Source: Eledone cirrhosa
Taxonomy: Eukaryota
Assembly: GCA_964016885.1 (NCBI GenBank)
Contig: OZ024747.1
Coordinates: forward strand, 90,210,001 to 90,274,000
Direction of reading: 5' to 3'
Length of the DNA: 64,000 nt
This document shows positions 53,275 to 64,000 of the stretch, piece after piece. The number at the start of each line of letters is the position of its first letter. The first letter of the stretch is position 1. The translations under genes were made by a program, and so were the position numbers. The notes under the pieces are model-generated. The model was given only the letters and a program-made list of their open reading frames with translations, did no database searches and was not told the origin of the DNA.

Positions 53275-54810
53275 TCATCATCATCATCATCATCAGGTTT
53301 AGCGTCCGTGTTCCACGCTTGCATGGGTTTGGACGGGGGTTTTCCCACTTGAGGCAAGAGTGGTTGTCTTGCTCGCATAGGACTGTCTGGCGGGTTTTCT
53401 ACAGTTGGGTGCCCTTCCTAACACCAACCACATTTACAGTGTGGGGCTGGGAGGTTTTTACCGTGTTGCCTACATGGCCACATTACAGCGTGGACTGTCT
53501 GGCGGGTTTTCTACAGCTGGATGCCCTTCCTAACACCAACCACATTTACAGTGTGGGGCTGGGAGGTTTTTACCGTGTTGCCTACACGGCCACATTTACA
53601 GCGTGGACTGTGTGTTTTTTGTCGTGACACCTACACGATCTCATTTGTTTCGGCCTGGATGTTGTGGGACCAACATAACTTTACATTGAAAGGGGCGGTG
53701 TGGGTGGGGTGGAGGTGGTGGGACGGGGGTGTGTTTTGATAGAGGTGCCTACTGACTGTAGTAGGTTTTTACTTTGTATTTAGGTAAGGCGGGTCTTCTC
53801 TATTACTGAGTACCGCCAAAGGTCTCGGTCCAGTGACATTGTCTTGGAGAGGTGTAAGCGTGTGAGGTCGGAATTTATCAGCTCGTCCCATGTTTTTCTG
53901 GGTCTGCCTACTCCGTGGCTACCGTCTATCTTTATTGCCCTGCACTTTGTTATACAGCTGTCGTCTTTCATGCGCATCACGTGACCGTACCAACGTAGCC
54001 TTCTCTCGAGTAAACAACATCTGATCCCTCTTATTTCTAATTTTTTCCTTAGTTCGTTTATGCTTTGCCGTTCACGTATATTACTATTGCACATCCAGCG
54101 GAGCATGCAAGCTTCGTTCCTCTCTAGTCTGCGTATATCCTCTGCACACAATGCCCAGGTCTCACTGCCATGCAGCATTGCTGTTCGTATGCAGGGATCG
54201 TATAACCTGCCTTTCATTTTTAGGGAGAACCCTCTAGCGGCTAATAGTGGTATAAGCTCTCTGAACTTTTTCCATCCAGTTCTGACTCTAGCTACTGTAC
54301 TTTCAGAGCACCCTCCCCCACTGCTGATTTTGTCACCCAGATAACGGAAGCTGTCCACTATTTCTATAGAACCCTCTGCGCAGTTGAAGGAGCTAGTATT
54401 TTGTGGGCACTTGCTGCTACTTATTGCACCAGAGCACCGGCCACATGTAAAATCTATGTTCTTAGTTAGCTTACCTGTGATCCCACTACATCTTTTATGC
54501 ACCCATACTTTGCATTTGGGACATAAAATGGAGTTTCTACCTACGCCTTTCCTACACACTGAGCATGGCCATTTCCCCGATGGGACCGCCGCCTTATTTT
54601 CTTTCCTACAAACTAGAACTTTAGTCTTAGCCAGGTTAATTTTAAGGCCTTTTGATTCTAGGCCGTGCTTCCACGTTTGGAATTTCTTCTCTAGTTCGGT
54701 CATTGATTCAGCTATGAGCGTTAGATCATCTGCGTATAGGAGTTCCCATGGGCAGCCGGTCTTGAACTCCTCTGTTATAGCCTGAAGGGCAATAATAAAT
54801 AGTAGGGGGC

Positions 54811-54811
<1 letters not shown>
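53275..54811 (-). mobile_element. Young RTE-clade LINE, 5'-truncated, intact 3' end
   Basis: Open frame from 54810 to the stop at 53780, ~500-bp 3'UTR, terminal stem-loop and (GAT)n tail. Confidence 0.95.
53780..54810 (-). CDS. RTE reverse transcriptase, C-terminal part (no start; 5'-truncated)
   Basis: SPLLFIIAL...WELLYADDL...[12 protein letters not shown]...[C4HC3 finger]...VDSFRYLG...HGSETW...[11 protein letters not shown]...GRPRKTW. No stops; the frame extends upstream of the tracked ATG at 54703. Confidence 0.93.
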
Positions 54812-54858
<47 letters not shown>

Positions 54859-54917
54859 TATATATATGTGTGTATACGTATGTGTGTGTATATATATGTG
54901 TGTATGTATGTATGTGT

Positions 54918-54989
<72 letters not shown>

Positions 54990-55201
54990 GTGTGTATATG
55001 TGTCTGTGTATGTGTATGTATATATGTCTATATGTATTTGTGTGTATATGTATACACATGTATATTTTGTGTTTGTATGTATGCGTGTGAGTGTATTTAT
55101 TTGTGTATATATGTGTGTGTGTGTGTATATATGTGTATGTGTGTGTGTATGTGTATATATATATATGTGTGTGTGTATATATGTGTATATACTTATATAT
55201 A

Positions 55202-55928
55202 CAGCTGTATACAGCTATGGTGCGACCACACTTGGAATTCGCATCATCAGTCTGGAACCCCTATCTTGCTCGGAACATTGACCTCCTGGAAACTGTTCAG
55301 AGACGTGCAACCAAGCGCATACCCTCCATCAGACACCTACCATACTCTGAACGCCTTGCTTCCCTGGGCATGGATTCATTGAAGCTCCGACGTCTGGCAG
55401 TGGACTTGGTGAATACCCACAAAGTTTTTAACCATCTCGCCAACTGCAACCCTGAGCGCCTCTTTGATCTCCATGTATCTAACACACGTCTACAAGATAA
55501 GAAAACAGCACAGCTCCCATGACTTTCGCAGACATTTTTTCACGCTCAGAGTTGCTGAAACATGGAACAAACTGCCTGCGTCAATTGTTAGCTGCCGAGA
55601 CACTGCATCCTTTAAGACACTCATGCTTCCCGAAATACGCCAAAACTACACCTGATGTGCCCCTTCCATACACATGCACACATGTGTGCACTGTTCATTT
55701 TACTGATGTTTGTGCATTGCCCTATGTACTGTACATGCACTTTTTTGATGGGTTGTGGTGCACCTGGGCACTGTGCACAATATTTCATTATTGTTATTGT
55801 TATTATATCATGACTCATACACTGTTTATTTTCCTGACATTTGTACATTATTCTATGTACTATACATGCACCTTTGATGAGTTGTAGTGCACCTGAGCAC
55901 TGTACACAATAATTTCATTATTATTATT
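55202..55928 (+). mobile_element. CR1 LINE 3' fragment
   Basis: [20 protein letters not shown]...[10 protein letters not shown]...Y.ERL..L...L..RR, frameshift near 55490, then FFTLRVAETWNKLP. 3'UTR with duplicated terminal GTGCACCTG(A/G)GCAC motif and (ATT)n. Confidence 0.92.
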
Positions 55929-56004
55929 ATATATATATATAAGTATATACACATATATACACACACACATATATATATATATACACATACACATACACAT
56001 ACAT

Positions 56005-56052
<48 letters not shown>

Positions 56053-56643
56053 GTATGTGTGTATGTATGTGTGTGTACATGAATATATTTTTATATATGT
56101 GTGTGTTTTTATGTGTGTATATGTGTTTGTGTGTGTGTTTATGGTTGCGCGTAAGTGTGTGAGTGTATATGTGTTTTTTTGTTTTTTCGTGAATGTGTCT
56201 GTTGATTTTTGGCATATAGTTGATTAGTTTAAGAGAAGTTCGAAGATAATAGTAAGATATGCACTCAGTATTTTGAATCTGTCTGCAGAATTCTCTAGAC
56301 CTTTGTCACTTAGTAGAACCTTAATGACTTTAGCTTTTAAAGAATCTCCCTTTTCTTTAATTCTATCGACCATGACTGACCCCCCACTGATTTTATAGAC
56401 ATCTGTTAGCTTAAGAGAAACTTAATGACAAGGAATGGTATGCCATCCGGAACCTGTTTATAGAATTCTGTCTGCCCTTGTTACTCTAAAAACATAAATA
56501 AATAAAAATAAACTATACCTTTGTAGAATTAGCTTTTAATGAATTCCCTTTTCTATCAACCAATGACCTGCACCCATCCCACTCCCCACCCTCTCCTACC
56601 ACTTGTAGAGACCTATAAATACCATATTTATTTTTTGATACCC

Positions 56644-56694
56644 AGATTCCTGATGATTTCTAATGAATGAAACAGTTCTAGTCCTGTAGAATCT
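56644..56694 (+). ncRNA. Compact type I hammerhead ribozyme
   Basis: Stem I AGATTC/GAATCT (6 of 6), CTGATGA 56650-56656, stem II TTC(TAAT)GAA with a T.T closing mismatch, GAAA 56669-56672, stem III CAG/CTG, GTA triplet. Confidence 0.7.
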
Positions 56695-56706
56695 CATCTA
56701 TATTAA

Positions 56707-56755
<49 letters not shown>

Positions 56756-57380
56756 TACACGCATATATATATATATTCAGATACACACAGCCTGTAGTCA
56801 TATAGGTAAATATGATATGTACTCACACAGACTTTCCCTGTCATCCACAATCCTATACATATACACAGATAGTTATAATTGTTTCTACTTTTGGCACAAG
56901 GCCACCAATTATCGCAGTGTATTACTGGTACTTTATTTTATCGACCCCGTAAGGATGAAAGGCAAAGTTAACCTCGGCGAAATTTGAACTCAGATCATAA
57001 AGGGAGGTAACTCTATGCTTCAAAGCATGGCGCCCGACTCTCTACCGATACTGCCAATCCACCAGTTATAATACATATTGATATGAAGCTACAAGTACAC
57101 AATGGAAAACATCCTCTATTTATTCATATAAGAGCATTTAACCATTCAGTCATGATTTCTCTTACATACACATTGACAGTGGGTTGTACACACACATACA
57201 CACACATAGACAGTTATTTGTCCACATGCATACATACATACATACATACATACATACATAAAATTACATGCACTTACTTCTGTAATTAACCATTTACTGA
57301 AGCATGTATATATATATATATGCATGTATATTTATATATATATGTGTGTATATATATATGCACACAAAGATATATATATA

Positions 57381-57422
<42 letters not shown>

Positions 57423-57431
57423 TGTGTGTGT

Positions 57432-57478
<47 letters not shown>

Positions 57479-57632
57479 AATATATATATATATATACACA
57501 CAAAAATATTTAGAAACATTAATAATTCATGTTGTTTTTTACACAAGTCCATGTATACCAGTAAACACACACATACACAAAGATACACATGGACACACAC
57601 ACACCTACACAGACACACAGTTATAGGCACAC

Positions 57633-57674
<42 letters not shown>

Positions 57675-58499
57675 ATAAACATCATGACATTGATCCAGTC
57701 TACCCACAGGGCTTCCGCGTCTCAGATATATCTCTCAATATTCTGTGTGTTTCATCATAAAGCAACACAGATATAATCAATATTAGAAATCCTACATAAG
57801 CAGAAAAGTCATGAACCATATATAATGTTATCAATAAATGTTAACAGTACAACTAGCAGAACAATAGCTCCATGCAATCCCTTGTATACCTCCAACACAG
57901 TAGGACCAACTAAACTAAGTTCTCTAGTACTGAAACACCACTGTTCATTTATGTCTTTTTATGCTAGACATGAATGCTATTCAGCTGACACTTAGGGGAG
58001 CTGTTGTTCTTTAGCCTCAAATTTGATCTGACTTATAAAGATCAAAAGGCTTTCTAGATGTGACCATCCTGCCATTTTGTTTTTGTTTAGTTATTTATTT
58101 ATTTTATGGGCTTTTTTCTTTCAGATATTATATGTGGGAGTACATTATTCAATGTGACTTTCTATTTGATTTGATTTAAATGAATTTGACTGCTGTTTCT
58201 ACAGATCAAGTAACCATCTAGAAACGTTCCCATTTTTATTTTGAGGCAATGGTGTACTAGAGATTAATGTTACTAGTAATATCCCTAACTGTTACCTTAG
58301 TGTTGCGTTGACCCTTGTACTCTGGTACAAACCTATAGGTGGGTGTAAATCTGACCACTTCAGTTTACCACTTGGAATTCCCTTTGTCCAAAACGTAAAC
58401 AGACACCAACATACATTTTGTCTCATGCAATGAACAAAAGACTTTTCCATGTAATGGTTTGTACTTGTTTTTGTTCACTTTTAGAAGTATACAAAAGGC

Positions 58500-59110
58500 T
58501 TCTGTTCACCCAAAGGTAGAATGTGGGATTAAACTGGTGAGACTATAGCTCACATTGTATTAGAAGACTTACAGTTAGCTCAAAATAAGTTTAAAAAGTA
58601 GGTGAAGACACAATAAAATGGCTGCAACAATTCGCTAGAATCTTTCAAAAGATTTTGTTTTGCATATACAGAAAAGAGTTATGACCAGTTTGTGAGAACA
58701 AGTCCTTGAAAACAATGAAATGAAGCTGCTATGGAACTTTTCTATAAATGCTGAAAGGAAAATACAACACAACAAGCTAGATATTGTAGCCATTGATAAG
58801 AAGAAAGTGTGTCAGGTAATTGATGCAAACATACCCATTGGACACGAGAGTAAAAAGGAATAATAATAAATAAAAGGTAAAAGAAAAAATAGAAATATTA
58901 TTCTGATTAGCAATATGAAATCCCTTAGTATTGGAATAAAGAAGCTGATAAGGTCATAATCCTGCCAATTGTCACTGGAGCCCTGGCAACTGTGATAAGG
59001 CAATTGAAAGTAAACCATGGAAACTTAAACCTTAATCTGAAAGTGGATGTCATGCAGAAATTTTGTTTAATTGGATAAACAAGAATTATTTGGGAAGTCC
59101 TTGATATAAA
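58500..59110 (+). mobile_element. Decayed R4/Dong-clade LINE 3' part (zinc knuckle and REL endonuclease)
   Basis: GETIAHIVLEDLQLAQNKFK..RHNKMA; VLENNEMKLLWNFSINAERKIQHNKLDIVAIDKKKVCQVID; KVIILPIVTGALATV. Confidence 0.8.
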
Positions 59111-59261
59111 GTAAGGGCTTTTATGAATAGTGTGGAAGGATCTTAATAAAAGAATGGACAAGAATACTTCTTATTCTAGACCATGGGTTGTGGTTCAGTA
59201 AGAAGTGTACTTATGCTGGCCACAACATCAATACCATATAACAACAACAACAACAATAATA

Positions 59262-59472
59262 ATAATGGTTTCTGGTTTAAGCACAAGGCCAACAATTTTG
59301 GGGCAGTGGAAAATTGATTGAATCAACCCCAGTGCATTACTGATACTTTATTTTATCAACCCCATGAGGATGAAAGGCAGAGTTAACCTCGGCAGGATTT
59401 GAACTCAGAGTGTAAAAGACTGTAACTCTATGTCACAAAGCATATTGTCTGACACACTACTAATACTGCCAA

Positions 59473-59511
<39 letters not shown>

Positions 59512-59695
59512 TGTTTCTACTTTTGGCACAAGGCCAGCAATTACTCTGTGTATTACTGGTACTTTATTTTATCGACCCCGTAAGGATGAAAAAAAAAGTT
59601 AACCTCAGCGGGATTTGAACTCAGATCATAAAGGGATGTAACTCTATGCTTCAAAGCATGGTGTCCGACTCTCTACCAATACTGCCAATCCACCA
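59262..59695 (-). mobile_element. Two tandem SINE-A copies
   Basis: ~59262-59472 (long variant) and 59505-59695, separated by (AAT)n. Confidence 0.88.
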
Positions 59696-59869
59696 CACTG
59701 GTGTTAATGCAACCTTAAATTCATTAATCCTCTTTATGAATGCTTAAATAGTTCAAATAACATTGAAAAGGAAACTAGAACTTCATGTAAAAGATTTTCA
59801 CCTGGTAAATTCTCCTTGATCCAGCAGCAGGGACCTGGCTGTCATCCAAATACTGCTGTTTGTGGTGAA

Positions 59870-60750
59870 AGAAAAGGAACTAGCCAAAAACCAACTGGAT
59901 GAAGGAATTGAAAATAACTGTTATGAAAAGTTATCTGAAAGGCTATAGGATATGAATGCATAAAATCAAGAAAAATATTGATCTATTTAAATTAGGTGGA
60001 CAAACACTAATGGATCAGGCTCATGTAATAAGAACTAATGAATGGATAAGTGAGTTAGAATTGGAGGAACTGAGTAGAGAGATTAAGCTGGAAATGGAAA
60101 GTGGAGTGAATCAGGCAAATGTGCCAGTAGAAAGTGGTTGTGAGACCTGAGGAAGTAACTAATGAAGACAATAATCTAATGGTTGAGATAAATAACATCT
60201 GGAAAAGATTTTGTTGATATTCTGAATTTAATGGTGGATTAAATGAATAATTGTTTCTACTTTTTGGCACAAGGCCAGCAATTACCCAGTGCATTACTGG
60301 TACTTTATTTTATCGACCCTGTAAGGATGAAAGGCAAAATCAACCTCGGTGGGATTTGAACTCAGATTGTTAAGGGACGTAACTATGCTGGAAAGCATGG
60401 CATCCGACCCTCTACCGATACTGCCAATCCACCGCCGTTTGGTGGATTAAATGAATAATGACAGCAGAAAACCTATGAATCGAAGAGTTGTAGAAAAAAG
60501 TTAAAAGAAACAATAGCTAAAGTAAACAGGGTCGTTCCATACCTGGAGGCAAAGAATCTTCAACAATGTAACATCTTCAAAGTACCTGCAAATGAGGTGA
60601 AAGATCGCTTGGTATCAAAATGAGGGAAAACAGATGAGAAAGGACAGAACTTTGGTGAAAGAAGTGGTTGAATGGTCAAATCAAGGAAATAAGAAAGGAC
60701 ATTGGGAAACTTGAGTCTTTATTAAACAGGACATTACAAAACATAGATAC
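59870..60750 (+). mobile_element. Decayed R4/Dong-like LINE N-terminal region, interrupted by SINE-A
   Basis: QTLMDQAHVIRTNEWISELELEEL and WLNGQIKEIRKDIGKL resemble Dong ORF N-terminal motifs. The SINE-A insert has a 20-bp TSD TGGTGGATTAAATGAATAAT (60232-60251, 60440-60459). Confidence 0.6.
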
Positions 60751-61244
60751 TAAGGAGCAGTGGAGCTCAAAAGTACAGGGTCCAAGTATGCCTGAGGTCT
60801 CGACAGCGACCGGTGTGAAGAAGAATCGGCCGGACAAATCCCAGTATTTGTTTATTTTATATTCTTCTGCTCATTGGACAGATAAATAATAAACCAACTC
60901 CTCTATATAGTTGCTTTAAAAACTACTTATAAGAGATAGCAAGCAGACAAACCCACAAAAGGTTATACAACTGGCATATCAAAAATAATATTAAGTTTGA
61001 TGAGTAGAAGAGGCAAAATTATTTAAAACTAACAACATTAAATTAGATTCAGACATTTGATGGATTGGACAGGTTCTTAAGAACAGCATCGCACTAATTT
61101 TGGAAGTCCATCATTTTCTCTTTCCCAAAAATTCAACATTCTAAGATAAGACCTCACCACTTCTTTCCACACACTCCTCTCCAAAAGACCCCTTCGGTTT
61201 GATCTGTTTGATATGGCTGTCTGTCTGTCTATCTGTCTGTCTGT

Positions 61245-61282
<38 letters not shown>

Positions 61283-61349
61283 CCTATATATGGCTTTACA
61301 CAAACTTCCCCCTTCATATACATCACATATCTGTAAGATCATAGTTTCT

Positions 61350-61780
61350 ACTACAGCATATTTAGCTCCAACATCTGGCAACTGACTTGGAAGACACCTA
61401 CAAGATTATTAAGCATCTTTCCAACAACAACCCTGAACACCCTTTTGAATTCCATGTGTCTAACACCCATGGACATGCTTAAAAAGTCAGAAAATAGTAC
61501 AGTTTCCATGACTTTCGGAAACACTTTTTTCATGCTCAGAGTTGCTAAAGCATGGAACAAACTACCTTCATAAGTTGTTAGCTGTCGGGACACTGCATTC
61601 TTCAAAACCTCCATGCTTACCAAAATTCGCCAACACTACATCTGATATTCCCCTTCCATACACATGCATGCATGTATCTGTGTGTATATGACTCACACAC
61701 TGTTCCCTTTTCTGATATATGCACCTTTGATGAATTGTAGTGCACTTGTGCACTGTACACAATCATTTTCATTATCATTA
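61350..61780 (+). mobile_element. Older CR1 3' fragment
   Basis: Diverged homologue of 55375-55925. Confidence 0.85.
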
Positions 61781-62279
61781 TAGTTGATTCCTCTCACTAT
61801 AGTTAATGTCTATTTTCTTCTTATCTCAGCCATATATGTTCTGTCATTCATGCATGCTTACATTACACATACATTTTCCCACCTTTTGCATATCCTCTAC
61901 ATTAAGTGCCAATGAATTGCTATCATACAACACTGCACTATGTATGCAAGTGTTATAAAACCTTTTGCTGCCAACAGAGTTAATAGTTCCGTCAACTTTC
62001 TCACCTCATCCTAACTCTGGCTACAACAATTCCACCACACACTTCTCCACAGATAAGTAGATCACATAAGCTGTCAACAACTTCTACTGAACATTTTGGT
62101 TGATGAAAGATTTCATTCCTTGGCTGCTCTCATTGCTAACCACTTCAAATTCAGATATAGAAAAGAAGAGACTAGTTAGGCTGGTTAAATATATCAATAA
62201 TGGATAAAAGAAAATAACCTGGGGAGAGGTGAGTGAGGAAAGTGTTCTGCATAATATATATTTATATATAATAATAATG

Positions 62280-62770
62280 ATAATAATTGTTTCTACTTTA
62301 GGCACAAGGTCAGCAATTACCCAGTACATTACTGGTACTTTATTTTATCGACCCCGTAAGGATGAAAGGCAAAGTTAACCTCGGCGGGATTTGAACTCAG
62401 ACTGTAAAGGGACGGTACAGTGCTCAGGTGCATTACAACTTATCAAAGGTGCATGTATAGTACATATAATAATTGTTTCTACTTTAGGCACAAGGCCAGC
62501 AATTACCCAGTACATTACTGGTACTTTATTTTATCTACCCCGTAAAGATGAAAGGCAAAGTTAACCTCGGCAGGATTTGAACTCAAACTGTAAAGGGACG
62601 TAACTATGCTAGAAAGCATGGAGTCCAACCCTCTACCGATACTGCCAATTCACCAATAATGTACAAATATCAGGAAAGTGAACAGTGTATGAGCCATGAT
62701 ATACACACAGACACATGCGTGCATGTGTATGGAGGGGGAATATCAGGTGTAGTGTTGGCAAATTTCAGGA
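62280..62770 (-). mobile_element. CR1 3'UTR interrupted by SINE-A and abutting a partial SINE-A
   Basis: CR1 tail at 62415-62466 and 62655-62770; SINE-A at 62467-62654 and 62280-62414. Confidence 0.8.
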
Positions 62771-63137
62771 AGCATATATGTATGTATATTCTTTCTTTCT
62801 CTTAGTTTTGAGTTTATTTTTGACTGGCCAACTTCCCGGGGGCAAGGTTGCAAGGAAAAGAAATTATCATTTTCTCTTGTGTAAGTGTTCATCCTTTGAG
62901 ACCTAGTCCTGTTTCTTTTCTGACACACATCATATATATAAGATCAATCGATATTTGATTCCAGTTTAACATTTTGAATGACCCTTAAAAAGAGTTCTTA
63001 TCTTTAAATTCCAGAGATAATCTCAGTAAATTGAAGCTTTTCATTTCCTTACAAGTTATGTGTGAAACGCTATTGTTTTTAGTTGTTTGTTTTTTCCTAT
63101 TATAATCAGTTGATCACGTCCCGTTTCTTTTGACACA

Positions 63138-63587
<450 letters not shown>

Positions 63588-64000
63588 GGATCAATTGATG
63601 TTTGATTCCTGTTTTTCAATTTTGAACCACCTTAAAAAGAGTTCTTATCTTCTAATTGCAAAGATAATCTCAGTAAATTGAAGCCTTTCATTTCCTTACA
63701 AGTTATATGTGAAACACTTGTTGTTGTTTTTGCATTTTTTCCTATCTATTATAATCAGTTGATCAAGGCTGATGCTGGATAGTAATAATTTCAATACAAG
63801 ATCTACTGACTTGCTTGAGCACAATGATATTCCTGTCTGTTCTGCTACTGGATACTTATAATTTTCCTTACTCTTCTCTGGTGGTATATTTTCAGTTTAT
63901 AGGAATATCACCTCAAACTTTCCTTAGTTATAGAACCTTGTATGAGTTTGGTTTTTCGTCTATCTCAGATCAGGATCTTTAAATTCCTGTCTTGTGAGTT

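Overview
AT-rich eukaryotic non-coding DNA, almost entirely repeats. The SINE families and dense (TA)n/(CA)n/(CAT)n microsatellites suggest an octopod cephalopod (inference from recalled repeat families, not checked). No host gene can be established; there is one weak 57-nt exon candidate at 11017-11073. Nearly all ORFs in the track are microsatellite or antisense artefacts. Recognisable content: two near-identical 5'-truncated young RTE LINE copies with a PHD-like finger inside the RT; CR1, R4/Dong, CRE and RTE-X remnants; several Penelope-like element (PLE) remnants; about 25 copies of one tRNA-derived SINE plus three or four other SINE types; TTAA piggyBac-type MITEs; two minisatellites with higher-order structure. 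The most interesting signals are (i) at least three near-complete hammerhead ribozyme motifs with unrelated flanks plus several decayed ones, mostly in short segments within or beside (TA)n tracts, and (ii) fold-back or inverted duplications from 60 bp to 4.7 kb hinged on (TA)n tracts or SINEs. Hammerheads in PLEs and retrozymes are a known class, so these are probably new instances rather than a new system. Coordinates were read by eye and ends of decayed elements are approximate.
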